Assembly: GCA_030264375.1 (NCBI GenBank)
Contig: JASCQW010000132.1
Span: forward strand, 16,150,335-16,214,334
DNA length: 64,000 bases
Source of the DNA: Carcharhinus longimanus
Taxonomy: Eukaryota
Direction of reading: 5' to 3'
How positions within the stretch are numbered: position 1 is the first letter of the stretch; every line of letters begins with the position of its first letter. Positions 39,233 to 52,068 of this stretch are shown here, piece by piece. Position numbers and translations under genes: made by a program. The notes under the pieces were generated by a model. That model did not search any database and had not been told where the DNA came from. It worked only from the letters and a program-made list of their open reading frames with translations.

Positions 39233-39717
39233 CAGTGAAGACATCCTGAGGTGGCAGTGATTATAACATCACTGAACTTCCCATTCAATATGAGGGAAGA
39301 AAGAGCAAATCTGAGACTAGTATTTTAAACTTAAATATGGGCAATTAAATGGAAATGAAGAAAGTTAGCTGAAGTGAACTGACAAATGAGGTTAAGGAAT
39401 AGGTCAATTGAGATGTTTTAGCAGACATTTAAAGAGATATTTCAAAATACACAGAATAGATTAATTTTAACAGAAAAAAAATCAAGGGGAGGACCCACCA
39501 TTTATGGTTGACTAAAAAGTGAATGGCAGTATCAAACAAAGAATTGTGCAAAAATAGGTGACAGGTCAGAAAATTGGACAGAATATAAAGAATGACAAAA
39601 AATAACAAAAAAGATTATTCAGGAGGGAAAGGTTAGAGTGTAAGAGAGGCTAGCTAGAAATATAAAGATGGATAGTAGGAATTTCTGTTGATACTTAAAC
39701 AAGAAAGTACTTAAAGA

Positions 39718-40009
39718 ATGGAATACTTAAGGACGCCATTCAGTCCACCATGTCTGAACTGACTCACTGACAGAGCATCTTACCCAGACCCACCCTCTGC
39801 ATTTACCATGACTAAACCTATTAACTGACACATCTTTGGACAGTAGGAGAAAACTGGAGCACATGGGGGAAACCCATGCAGACACAGGGAGAACATGCAA
39901 ACTCCACACAGAAACTCACTGAAGACTGGAAATGAACGCAGGTCCCTAGTGCAGTTAAGCAGTGCTAACCACTGTGCCGCCATGCCACCCACCCCAGTGT
40001 GCCACCGTG
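39718..40009 (-). mobile_element. HE1/V-SINE-like, tail B
   Basis: Head and V core, with a CR1-type tail. Confidence 0.8.
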
Positions 40010-40339
40010 AGCATCAGTCCTATAGAAATTGAGTCTGGGGAATTGATAATGGAAAATAAAGAGATGGCAGATGAACTGAACAGGTATATTGCATCAGTCT
40101 TTACTATAGAGGATACAAGTATCATCCCAGAGATAGCAGAAGGGAGGAACTCAGGAAAAGTACAATCACCAGGGATGTGGTACTGAGCAAATTGTTGGCG
40201 GTGCAAGCTGACAACCCCTGGCCCAGATGGACTTCATCTTAGGATGTTAAAAGAAGTGACTAATGAGATTATGCATTGGTTTTAATTTTCCAACATTCCT
40301 TGGATTTGGGGAAGTTCCATTAAGATCAGAAAATAGCAA

Positions 40340-40761
40340 ATCATAGAATATCTTCAATGCAGGAGGCTGTTTAGCCATCGAATCTGCACCTACTCTGACA
40401 GATTGTTTTACCCAGGCCCACCCTCCCGCCCCATTCCCTTGCATTTACCCATAAATNNNNNNNNNNNNNNNNNNNNNNNNNNNNNNNNNNNNNNNNNNNN
40501 NNNNNNNNNNNNNNNNNNNNNNNNNNNNNNNNNNNNNNNNNNNNNNNNNNNNNNNNAATCGCCCTAACCTATATGCCTTGGCTCATTGAGGGGCAATTTA
40601 GCATGGCCAATCAACCTAACCTGCACATCTTTGGACTGTGGGAGGAAACCCACACAGACACTAAAAGAACATGCAAACTCTGCACAGATAGTCACTCAAC
40701 TCTGGAAACGAACCCAGATCCCTGGCACTGTGATGCAGCAGCACTAACCACCGTGCTACCC
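40340..40761 (-). mobile_element. HE1/V-SINE-like, tail B (spans gap)
   Basis: TCATAGAAT tail, V core and head on either side of an N gap. Confidence 0.75.
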
Positions 40762-40869
40762 AAACGTAACTCCATTATTCAAAAAAGAGAGGGAAATAAA
40801 AAGTAGGAAACTTCAGGCCAGTTAACTTAACAATTGCCATAGGGAAAATGTTGAAAGCATTTTTCTTCT

Positions 40870-43640
40870 TTACTTACAGAGAGAAAGAAAAATTTCTGTT
40901 AGAATGAATCTATTCTGTGTATTTTGAAATATCTCTTTAAATGTACCAATGGTTAGCACAGGGGTACATCACATTAATCATCAGTACTGTTAACAGAAAT
41001 ATAAAAGAAACTTATTACAAAGACACTTTTAGTTTAAAAAATCAAGTGTATATATGTATATATGTTGATACAGCAGATAAACAAGAATTTGATGATGACA
41101 ACTGGTCTGTATGAAAGTTGTTTCCTTACGCTGCGTACCAGTGAAAAATGACTATAGAAAGTAGATGGGAAAGCATAGTAAAAGAAAATCAAATAAATAG
41201 AAGTACCAAAACAGGATAAATAAAATTTACATGAGTGGTGTTGGATTGGGGTGGGGTGGGGTGGGCATGTGCTCTGTGATTTAGTTCATGAGAACAATAT
41301 TCCCATTACTGGGATCCACCTTTAGAAGAATTTTTCACTCTGAAAGTCTAATACATTCTTGATTCTTTCAATCCCAAATAGCACTCTGACTTTGGATAAT
41401 CAAGATTCATAGGCTGGGCGTATGGATTTCATCCAGTTGGGGACAAAAATTTGTAAAAGATAGTTATATTTTCTTCCTTCCATTCTCTTCTGGAATTGTA
41501 CCTAATAGAGCAGTCAGAGGTCTGTGGAATGTCCATGTGGAATACTTTGGTCAATGTTTTGAATATCTTACTCCAACGGTCCCTTAACTTTGGACATGGT
41601 CAGAATGTGTGTAAGTAATGATCAATTGGGTCCCCATTCTCTCCAGCAAATGCTTGTGTGGGAGGAGCCAATTTCTACAGTGATATGTGGTGTTCTGAAG
41701 TACCTAGTAATGAGGTTTCATTAATATTTCCTCCAGCTATTTGAGTAGGTGACAAGATGGCCCTCAGAACAGATTTCATTCCAGTTTTCCACCAGAATCT
41801 CCTGTTCCAGTTCAACCTCCCATTTCCTTTTAATGTAGAAGGAATTGCTAGGCACCATGGAGAGCAATGTCTGATATATGCAGCATATTGCTTTTCCCCC
41901 AGTGACACTTCGTTGAATGTTTGCAAAGTAGGACTTCATTGGAGGTGGACTTCATACTTTGTTTATGTCTTTATGTTTTAAAAAAAATCTTCAAAAGAAA
42001 ATAGGAGGACAGATTATTACTTGAATGAGTATAAATTGAGAGAGGGTAGATATTCAACAAGATCTTGGAATCCTCATGCGTCAGTCATTGAAAGTAAGCA
42101 AGCAATAAAGGCAAACGGTATGTTGGCCTTTATAGAGAGGGGATTTCTGCTCCTTATAATTTGAGTATAGGGATTGGGATGTTTTGCTGCAATTGTATAG
42201 GATGTTGGTGAGGCCATATTTGGATTACTGTGTTCAGTTTTGGTGTCCTATAGTAATATTAATAATATATTAATATGGACACTTGTATGTCCATATTCAA
42301 TGTAGATTTTGGAATCTGAATAGGCAGCATCTGAAACAGATACAACAATTTGGGGAGGATATTCATCCTAAATAACTTCAATTTGCCCTGACAGAAAGTG
42401 GGGTAGGATCAGCCACCGATCCAGATCATTCTTGATACAGTACTAGTATAATTTGCACCATATCATTCATGGTGGGACAAGAAACAGATATTTAATGCCT
42501 TGAGTGGGCTATTTAAATACACTTTGTGTCTTACTATGTTTAGGGATTCTTTCAGTTTTATCAACATTAACTTTGTAACCTGAGCAATTGCTAAACTTTT
42601 TAATACTCTCTTTCAGAAAAAGAATTATGGGTATTGTAGGACAACAGCAGGATATAATGACAATTTATGCTCTTCTAGTTAGGTCCAAACCCTAGGCGGT
42701 CTACAGTCTGAAATAGATTCACCTATTCAGCATCTAAAGATAAGGTCAGAGCCTCAACTCCACTATTTAAGGGATGAGTTACGATATTAAGAAGCCTCTA
42801 GAGTATTGGCCCATTATAAACCAGTTTGGTCTGGGTGCATAATCTCAGTTATTATTCTATTTATTCTATGGTTAGTATCGATGTTAGAATTTTCAGATTG
42901 CGATCAAGTAACAATATTGGACGATATGTTCCATACTCTGTTGGGTCCTTACTCTCCTTATGAATGAATGCTGTAGTTCTTTTCTCTCAAATTCAACAAA
43001 TTCNNNNNNNNNNNNNNNNNNNNNNNNNNNNNNNNNNNNNNNNNNNNNNNNNNNNNNNNNNNNNNNNNNNNNNNNNNNNNNNNNNNNNNNNNNNNNNNNN
43101 NNNNNNNNNNNNNNNNNNNNNNNNNNNNNNNNNNNNNNNNNNNNNNNNNNNNNNNNNNNNNNNNNNNNNNNNNNNNNNNNNNNNNNNNNNNNNNNNNNNN
43201 NNNNNNNNNNNNNNNNNNNNNNNNNNNNNNNNNNNNNNNNNNNNNNNNNNNNNNNNNNNNNNNNNNNNNNNNNNNNNNNNNNNNNNNNNNNNNNNNNNNN
43301 NNNNNNNNNNNNNNNNNNTTGAAGATTTTTTTAATAAATTGTGCATCATCCTCAATCAGGGCATATACATTTATCAATGATTCCTCTGTCCCAACTGTTG
43401 GTCCATTAAGTAATAAGAACTGGCTTACATTGTTCTTATGTTGCGAGTGGATACAGAAATTCACTGATCTGTGGAATAAGATTGCTGCACCCAGTTTTCT
43501 CCCTTATGCAAGAGATGGAAATAATACCTAGTTTGCCTGAACCAGCTTACTATGTTTTATGTCTGACAAATGTGTTTCTTGTAAAAAAAAATGCAATTTT
43601 GCAGATTAGATATTTTTGATAACTATATGCAGTTTAGTGA
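40870..43640 (-). mobile_element. Decayed L1-clade LINE ORF2
   Basis: Minus-strand remnants: LQETHL (endonuclease, near 43575), KDPTEYGTYRPILLL (near 42930), FSNCSGYKVNVDKTE (near 42570), WEVELE..ENWNEIC (near 41800). Contains a CR1 insert at about 41995-42250. Confidence 0.75.
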
Positions 43641-46627
43641 TAGGAAACATTTAGAAACAATTGTCAGGGCAAAATTAATTGTCATTTAGAGAAGCATAGC
43701 AGCCAGCCTGCATAGGTTCATTAACGGCAACTTGATTAAGTTCTTTGATGAAATAACAGAGGAATATATATGGACTCTCAAAGAGCTTCCTAGTGACAAA
43801 GTTATTCAGACAATGGAAACGTATGTTATTAAAGGGATGATGGCAACTTGGCTATGTAACTAGCCAAGGGATAGGAGGCAGAAGAAGCGTCGAGTTAATG
43901 CTTTTTGACCAGAGGAAAGCTTGCAGTAGGTTCTCTCGGGAAATAATATTAGGACCACACTTATTATACATAATCACTAATTCCTGCCACCCAACAGTGC
44001 AGTTCCCCATTTGCCCACTGGCACGCATGCAGTTTCACCCACCGCCAGCTGTCTTCCTCCGTTTGCTACCCTTCTCCTGAGCTCCTGCACCTCCTGCTGG
44101 TTACCTGAGACGTTGTCACTCCTCACTCCCATGCCCTTGGCATCCCCTGCTCATCACCCTAAATCCCAAAACCTACACTGCGCTTCCTTCAAACCCTTGC
44201 CACCTGTTGTTCACCACCCCTCTCCTGAGCTGTACCCACAAGCCTACAGCACTGCCTACTCGCTATTCTTCTCCCTCACTGTCATGTTTGAGGCAAGGGC
44301 TCTAGAAGAGGCAACAGGCATATTGTTCTTTTCAGCAAAATGCAGTTTGCACCATCACAAGCAGTGTAACTACATGTATAGGGAGTGCACCTTCTAGAGT
44401 TGCAGCTTCGGTAGCCACAGATAAACGATCTGGACCAGGATATAGTTTGTGCAACTTGGAAGTTGTACAAAAATAAAAGGTTCAAAACTTGATAATGCAG
44501 TAAATAATAACAGACTTCAGAAGGACATAAACAGAATGTGAAATGGGCAGGCACATGACAGTTCAATTTAATATGCCAAGTGCTAGCAATGCAGTTTAGA
44601 TGAAGCAATAATATAAAATGGTATAATCTGGGCCGGGGCAGGAAAGGTGGTGCGAGTAGAACAGAAGATGGCAGGAAAAGCACACAGGACACTTGGCTTT
44701 GTAAATTGGGATATTTGAATACAGAAAAGAAAGTCGTACTAAGCACTCAAAAATCTATGGTTAGGACTCAGCTGGATTAGTGTGTACAATTTTGGACACC
44801 ATCCTAACAAAATTAAAGACTCAGGAGAGGATAAAGAGATTTAGCAGGAATGAGAATCTTCAGTTATGTGGCAAGTTTAGAAAAGCTAGGTTTGTTTTCC
44901 TTGGAGCAGAGAAGAGAAAAAGGTGGGATGTAGATGCAATGGGACCCTCCTTTTGGTATTCAAAAACCTAGCAGACAAAGATATGCTGCCCTTTGGATGG
45001 ATGGCTGCTCAGATGTAAAACTAAAATTGTCAATTAACAATACTAACTTGCATCTTGGTTTTTATATAGTGGGAATTCTCCAAGGTGCTTCACAGAAGTG
45101 CAATTCACTAAGCCAAGCAACAGGAAGATAACAGGTTGGGTGATTAAAAACTTGGTCAAGGGGATGTGTTTTAAAGGAAGGTCTTAGGGGAAATGGAATG
45201 GCAGGATGAGTGAGTATATTCTATAGAATACAAGGTCTGTGTAGTTGATGGTAAGGCTGCCAATGGTGGAGGCAAAGGGGATACATACAAAGTCTTGATG
45301 TAGATAAAAAGACAAGGAGGAACAATGAGCTTAAACAGGGTGCTAGTGAGCACAGATGAGATAAGTGAGTAGAGTTTGGTGTGGATTAAGCCATACACAG
45401 CAAAACACTGGATAAGCTGAAGTTTACAGACAATGGGAGACCAGTTAAGACAGTATACTTAGTGGACTGTGCTGACTTGAAACCACAAGTAAGGTAATCA
45501 AATGCATTGTTTAAAAGTAGTTGTTTTGTCTTTTGTTTGTAATTGATAAAAGTTCTTGCTAATTTTCTTAAATAAACTTTGTTTGACAAAAGCTTCCTAG
45601 TGGGTCACTTGAATCATACCAAAAGTGAAACATCTCATGTTTTTCCTAACAATGATCCAGGTAGATTTCATAGGTTTCTAATCTGAACCATAACAACGGC
45701 AGAGGTAATAGATGGGTGAACACTGATAGCCAGCTTTCCTGGTGCATCCTATGCTTAGATTGAATAATCACCTCGTCTGGTAGGCTTACATTCTAGATAA
45801 CTAAAGAAAGTGAAGGTGGAAATAGCAGATGGATTTGCCGTGTCTACCCCAGATTTTGGAGAGATGCCAAAAGTTGGTGAGCAGCAAATCTGACATAGTG
45901 TTATTACTAGCAACATGTGCGCAGTTTAATATCAGTGGTGGGTAAGATTTCAGAAACAATAAATCCAGTGGGAAGGGGGAAATCAATGGACACTTGGGGA
46001 GGTTTGAATTAATTAATGAGAGCCAACATGAATTGTAAAAGAGCAAGTTTGATTAATCAAATTGAATTTTCTGATCAAGTAACTGAGTAGGTACATGAGG
46101 GAAAATGTGGTAGGTGCTGACTATATGAATTTTAAGAAAATGTTTTGTAGGGTACTTCATAAGACTTATGGAATAGGAGGGCTATTGCCAACTTGGTTAA
46201 AAAATAGTTTTATGGATAAAGTTAATTTGTTAGTCACAAGTAAGGCTTACATTAACAATGCAATGAAGTTACAGGATAACAGCAAATTGTGGTAAATAGT
46301 TGTTTTGCCAGAATGGAGGTTAATGCTAAGATTGCTTTTTATAAAAAAAAATGGAAATAATTGGAGTCAAAAACATGGAATTGTGGAGGGAGATCAATAC
46401 CAGTCAACTGTACTGAGACATAGGTAGGCTAGCAGAATGGGCAGACGAGTGGCAGATAGAATTTAATACAGAAAGCTGTGATGTGATGCAGTTTAGCAGA
46501 TGGAATATATTGCTTAACAACAGTTTGAAGGAATTTGAAGATACAGAGATCTAGTGGGTAATGTGCAAAGATGTTTGATGTTGGTAGAACATAGAGATTG
46601 TAATTCAAAATGCAAATAATTTAAAGT

Positions 46628-46911
46628 AAAGTTTATTTAAAGTTTATTTATTAGTCACAAGTAAGGCTTACATTAGCACTGCAGTGAAGTTACTGTGAAA
46701 TTCCCCTAGTCGCCACAGTCCAGCACCTATTCGGGTCAATGCACTTAACCAGCACATCTTTCAGAATGTGGGAAGAAACTGGAGCACCCAGAGGAAACCG
46801 TCACAGACACGAGGAGAATGTGCAAACTCCACACAGACAGTGGCCCAAGCCAGGAATCGACCCCAGGTCTCTGGCACTGTGAGACAGTAGTGCTAACCAG
46901 TGTGCTGACCG
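46628..46911 (-). mobile_element. HE1/V-SINE-like, tail A
   Basis: Homolog of 1075-1370. A further tail-A fragment lies at about 46216-46273. Confidence 0.88.
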
Positions 46912-47232
46912 ACAGTGATGATTTTGGACTCCATGAATAGAGACAGAGTACTAAAGATGCCAAGCCTTTATAAAGCTTTGATGATCTCACAACGAGAATA
47001 TTGTGTCCAATTCTCGTTACTATACTTCAAAAAGTATGTGAGGGGTCTGGACAGAGTGCAGAGAAAATTGACAAGCAGGTCCCAGAGGTGAGGGATTTTT
47101 GTTCCAAGGTCAGGTTTGAAAAGCTGAGGTTTTCTTCTTTGAGTCAAAGGAGATAGAGGGAAGATTTGACAGAATTATATAAGATTATGACACGTTTAGA
47201 TAGAGCAGACAAAAAAAAACTGTTCCCATATA

Positions 47233-47680
47233 CTGATTTGATTTATTGTCACATGTATTAACAATGAAAAGTATTGTTTCTTGCACCTATACAGACAAAA
47301 CATAACATTCATAGAGAAGGAAAGGAGAGAGTGCAGAACATAGTGTTACGGTCATAGCTAGGGTGGAGAGAAAGATCAACATAATGCAAGGTAACTCCAT
47401 TCAAAAATCTGATAGCAGCAGGGAAGAAGCTGTTCTTGAGTCAATTGGTACGTGACCTCAGATTTTTGTATCTTTTTCCTGAAGGAAGAAGATGGAAGAG
47501 AGACTGTCCAGGGTGCATGGCATCCTTAATTATGTGTTGAGGATGATTGTGGAGGAGGTGTTGTTGCCTATCCTTACCGATTGTGGTCTGTGAGTTAGGA
47601 AGTTCAGGATCCAGTTGCAAAGGGAGGTGTCAAGGCCCAGGCCTCGGAGTTTGGAGATGAGTTTTGTGGGAATAATAGAA
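47233..47680 (-). mobile_element. Rex1/L2-like LINE 3' fragment
   Basis: Longest copy of the repeat also seen at 10788 and 19733. Confidence 0.75.
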
Positions 47681-48187
47681 CTAATGAAACATAGGCTAGG
47701 CACACAGATTTATGGACAAGAGATGCAGGAGAAATGTGTGCAAAATGTTTTTTCTTTAAACATGGAGTGGTAATGACCTGGAACTGGTTGCCTGCAAAAG
47801 ATGTTGGAAGTGGATATGTTTGATGATTTCAAAAAGAAATTGAGGGAAATAAATGTGCAGGGGAAAGCAGAGACAAAGCAGGGGGAATGGAACTGACTGG
47901 ATTGGAGACCTGATGGGCCAAATGGCTTCTGCTGTATCATAATGACTGTATCTCAATGTACAGTAGCAATATCTAGAATAACAGTGATTATATCAATACT
48001 AAACAAAGATCACAGGTTGGTCAGTCAACTCGGTTCAGCTGGCAAAACTTCCACGTTCGAGTCAGAATTTTGATAGTTTGAACATACTCCAGGATTTGAG
48101 CACATAACCCAGGCTGAGATTGTGGTGCAATACAAGTATTGCGTTCTTACAGACTTCATCCTTCGGTTCAGACATGAAATCTGTTAC

Positions 48188-48261
48188 ATCCAGTTACTTC
48201 AGATGGTTAGAGTGTGGTGCTAATAACGCAAAGGTCGTGGGTTCAATCCCTGTAGTGGCCA
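48188..48261 (+). pseudogene. tRNA-Ile(AAT) pseudogene
   Basis: 74 nt collinear with vertebrate tRNA-Ile-AAT (TGGTTAGAGtGTGGTGCTAATAACGCaAAGGTCGtGGGTTCaATCCC...GGCCA), anticodon AAT at 48222-24. The acceptor stem 5' end (GG to AT) and D stem are broken, and several CpG transitions are present. Confidence 0.88.
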
Positions 48262-48356
48262 GCACCTCCTTGCTCGCAAGGATCGACCACACACAGCTGT
48301 TTTTTTGTTGAAAATTTAGAAGTTGTTGCACCTTAAGGCATTTCAGCCCCTCTTCG

Positions 48357-48725
48357 AAGAGGTGGTGGTATAGTGGTATTATCACTGGACTAGTATTGCA
48401 GAGATCAAGGTAGTGCACTAGGGACCTGGGTTTGGATCCCACTGTGGCTGATGGTGAAATTTGAACCTAGCAAGGATTGAAACTCTAACAATGACCATGA
48501 CATCACCGTTGATTGTCATAAAAAAAAACACATCTGGTTTACTAATGCCTTTTAAGGAAGAAAATCTGCCACCCTTACCTGGTCTGGCCCACATATGACT
48601 CCAAATCCACAGCAATGTTGTTGATTCTTAAATACCCTCTGAAATGATCTAGTTAGCCTGCAGTTGAACGGCAATAAATGCTGGTCCAGCCAGCAATACC
48701 CACATCTCATGAAAGAATAAAGATA
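48357..48725 (+). mobile_element. Second tRNA-derived SINE family
   Basis: A/B-box-like head (GGTGGTATAGTGGT...GGGTTTGGATCCC). Tail GGCAATAAATGCTGG...CCCACATCTCATGAAAGAATAAA. Confidence 0.7.
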
Positions 48726-49063
48726 AAATATCTGCTTTGTTTGCCTCTCCCTAAAGTTCTAATAACACTTTGCAAAACAAAACAGGAAGTTCTCATGACA
48801 TCGCAGTCAAAATTCATCCATCGTGACAGCTGATAAATAGTTCATACTGCAGCCAAAGCGCTTTGGTGCTGGATAATGCATTGTTTAAGATGCTAGATGC
48901 TGATCAGACTTGTTAAACATGGTGTCAGGTTTCTTCAGTCGTTGCAGCTATCCCCACCAACATAAACTGAGTATTAGCTTGTGTTTTGTGGGTAGTGGCA
49001 AGTGAATGAGAAAGCACACTCAGAATATCCAATCTCATGATTGTTCTGGTAGTGACTGATCAA

Positions 49064-49390
49064 TGGCACAGTAGCACAGTGGTTAGCACTGCTACTTCAC
49101 AGCTCCTGGGTTCAATTCCTGGCCCAGGTCACTGTCTGCGAGAAGTTTGCACATTCTCCTCGTGTGAGCGTGGGTTTCCTCCAGGTACTCCGGTTTCCTT
49201 CCAAAGATGTGCGGGTTAGGTTGAATGGCTATGCTAAGAAATTGCCCCTTAGTGTCTAGGGATGTACAGGTTAGAGGGATTAGTGGGTATAATATGTAGG
49301 GATATGGGGGTAGGGCCTGGGTGGGATTGTGTTGGGTGCAGACTCGATGGGCCAAAGGGCCTCTTTCTGCACTGTAGGGTTCTATGATCT
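49064..49390 (+). mobile_element. HE1/V-SINE-like, tail B
   Basis: Head, V core, and tail GCAGACTCGATGGGCCAAAGGGCCTCTTTCTGCACTGTAGGGTTCTATG. Confidence 0.9.
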
Positions 49391-49489
49391 AATGGTATTG
49401 ATAGTGGGAGATATGTTATTAAATGTTATTGATTTTTGTTAGGAGTGGTCATTGCCTGGCATTTTCCTAGCACAATTTAAAAAAAAAAA

Positions 49490-49960
49490 TTTACAGGATA
49501 CAGGCGTCATTGGCAAGGTTAACATTTATCGCCCATCCCTAGTTGCCCTCGAGAAGATGGTGGTGAGCTGTTTTCTCGAACCGCTGCAGTTGTTTTAAAG
49601 GTGCTATTAGGGAGAAAGTTCCAGCAACATTAAAGAAACAGCAATATATTTCTGAGTCAGGATGATTGAGTGACGTGTAGGGAAGCCTCCAAGTTTTCAG
49701 GTATTTGCTGATTTTTGTCCTTCAAAATGGTAACGGTTGAGGATTTGGAAGGTGCTGCCTATGGAACCTTGGTGCATTCCAGCAGTGCAACTTGTAGATG
49801 GCAAACAGCTGCCACTGTCAGTCAGTGAAGACAGGTTTGAATATTTGCTATCCCTTCTACAATCAAAAGGGTTGCTTTGTCTTGGATATTGTCAAGCTTT
49901 GAGTGTTGGAGCAGCACCCATCTGGGCAAGTGGAGAATATTCCTTGACACTCCTGCCTTG
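49490..49960 (-). mobile_element. LINE 3' fragment sharing its tail with the 48357 SINE
   Basis: CATTTATCGCCCATCCCTAGTTGCCCT start. A related piece lies at about 50390-50610. Confidence 0.6.
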
Positions 49961-49964
49961 TTGG

Positions 49965-50287
49965 ACAGTGACCCAAGCTAGGAATCGAACCCAGCTCCCT
50001 GGAGTTGTGAAGCAGAAGTGCTAACCACTATGCTACTGTGCCACCCCAATGCTGCCTTGATGCCAAGCACAGTCTCTTTCATTTCACCTCTCGCACTCAG
50101 CTCTTTTGTCCATGTTTCAACCAAGGCTGCAATGTGGTTAACAGCAGAGTGACGGCACAGTAGCACAGTGGTTAGCACTGCCGCTTCACAGCTCCAGGGA
50201 CCTGGGTTTGATTCCTGGCTTAGGTCACTGTCTGTGTGGAATTTATACATTCTCCTTGTGTCTGCGTGGGTTTCCTCCCACAGTCCA
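49965..50287. mobile_element. Two divergent HE1/V-SINE-like heads (49965-50047 on -, 50150-50287 on +)
   Basis: Both match the SINE head. The second runs into a gap. Confidence 0.8.
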
Positions 50288-50789
50288 NNNNNNNNNNNNN
50301 NNNNNNNNNNNNNNNNNNNNNNNNNNNNNNNNNNNNNNNNNNNNNNNNNNNNNNNNNNNNNNNNNNNNNNNNNNNNNNNNNNNNNNNTGCAGTCCAAGCG
50401 GTATAGATACAGCACAATGCTGATAGAGGAGTTGCAAGATTTTGACTCAGTGACAGAGAATGAATGGCAATGCTGTTTCAAAGTCAGGATGACACATGGT
50501 ATGGAGGGGAACATATGACTGCCAGGCTTTTTCTTTGAGGTGGTAGACATTGCAGGTTTGGAACATGCTGCCAAAGGAGGCTTGATGAGTTGCTGTAGTG
50601 CATTTTGTACGTGACACACACACACACAAACAAATGTTGCATTATATCAGGGGCAGTTGTTCTTGCCTCAACCTTTGAATTTAGCTGTTGGCCAATTGAC
50701 CGAGGACACTGTGCAAACCTTGCACTGGTGACAATATCAGGCACAGCCAATCCAATCGGTACTCTGGATTTCATCATCATTGAAAGCCA

Positions 50790-51240
50790 GGGTGTTAATG
50801 AAGCCTGACTACCACAACAATCTCGGCTGCAACTCTTCACACCCCGCTTCCTACAAGGACTCCGTTCAATTTTCTCAGTTTCTTTGCCTCTGCTCCGATG
50901 ATTCCACTTTCCAAAATAGTGCTGCCAGTACGTATTCCTTAATCGTGGTTTTTCACCCACTATGGTAGACATAGCTTTCAACCAGTGTCCAACCTATCCC
51001 CTGGAGTACTGCTCTCATCCCCTCCCCTCCCCCCCAGAACCAGGACAGGGTTCCTCTTGTCCTCACTTTTCTCCTCACCAGCCTCCGCATTCAAAGAACT
51101 TTCCTCTGCCATTTCTGCAACTCAAGCATGATGCCCCGACTCAACACATCATCCCCTCACTTCCCCTCAACATTCTGCAGGGACTGCTCTCTCCAGGACA
51201 CCTGGCCCAGTCTTCGGTCTCACCACGCCCCCCTCCCTGC
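50790..51240 (+). mobile_element. Decayed Penelope-like RT thumb/linker
   Basis: KPDYHNNLGCNSSHPASYKDSVQFSQFL resembles the PLE motif KPT..H.YL...SSHP..K.SIP.SQFLR. RVPLVLTF follows. Confidence 0.75.
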
Positions 51241-51862
51241 AGGTAGAATTAGGGACCTTGTGGTGAAGGATCCTCTTGGGAAGAGTGATCATTGTATGGT
51301 GGAGTTTCTGATGCNNNNNNNNNNNNNNNNNNNNNNNNNNNNNNNNNNNNNNNNNNNNNNNNNNNNNNNNNNNNNNNNNNNNNNNNNNNNNNNNNNNNNN
51401 NNNNNNNNNNNNNNNNNNNNNNNNNNNNNNNNNNNNNNNNNNNNNNNNNNNNNNNNNNNNNNNNNNNNNNNNNNNNNNNNNNNNNNNNNNNNNNNNNNNN
51501 NNNNNNNNNNNNNNNNNNNNNNNNNNNNNNNNNNNNNNNNNNNNNNNNNNNNNNNNNNNNNNNNNNNNNNNNNNNNNNNNNNNNNNNNNNNNNNNNNNNN
51601 NNNNNNNNNNNNNNNNNNNNNNNNNNNNNNNNNNNNNNNNNNNNNNNNNNNNNNNNNNNNNNNNNNNNNNNNNNNNNNNNNNNNNNNNNNNNNNNNNNNN
51701 NNNNNNNNNNNNNNNNNNNNNNNNNNNNNNNNNNNNNNNNNNNNNNNNNNNNNNNNNNNNNNNNNNNNNNNNNNNNNNNNNNNNNNNNNNNNNNNNNNNN
51801 NNNNNNNNNNNNNNNNNNNNNNNNNNNNNNNNNNNNNNNNNNNNNNNNNNNNNNNNNNNNNN

Positions 51863-52068
51863 GCAATTTGCTTTTCCACTCATCTTCGTGTCATCAGCAA
51901 ATTTCGTCACCCTACACTCAGCCCCCTCCTCCAGATCATTACGTAAATCTGGCCTGATTTTCTTTGCTCTTAACTTTCGGGTCACCCAGACTCAAAACTA
52001 TCAGCTCTATTCTTTTTCCAGATGCTGTCTGACCTGCTGAGATTTTCCAGCATTTTCTGTTTTTATTA
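51863..52068. mobile_element. CR1 RT fragment (-) next to a Penelope-derived arm
   Basis: NDLEEGAECRVTKFADDTK on -. CAGATGCTGTCTGACCTGCTGAGATTTTCCAGCATTTTCTG at 52019-52060. Confidence 0.8.

Larger units (their letters stand above)
39250..40860 (+). mobile_element. Decayed CR1-like ORF2 interrupted by two SINEs
   Basis: KEMADELNRYIASVFTIED and PGPDGLHLRMLKEV remnants. Confidence 0.8.
43640..47945 (+). mobile_element. Patchwork of old CR1-like and L2-like fragments
   Basis: Recurrent RT-region remnants (EWADEWQIEFNTESCDVM near 46435) and a CR1-type tail at 47870-47945. Boundaries are approximate. Confidence 0.6.
48025..48900 (+). mobile_element. DeuSINE (SacSINE1-like) split by later insertions
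   Basis: 5' part at 48025-48185 (GAGTCAGAA...ACTCCAGGATTTGAGCACATAACCCAGGCTGA) and 3' part at about 48730-48900 (CAGGAAGTTCTC...AAAGCGCTTTGG). Confidence 0.55.

Noticed and set aside
36420-47945. Reverse-transcriptase-like peptides as a novel RT system
   Set aside because: These are frameshifted CR1 and L1 LINE debris typical of vertebrate genomes.
48188-48261. Functional tRNA-Ile gene
   Set aside because: Acceptor and D stems are disrupted and CpG decay is extensive, so it is called a pseudogene.
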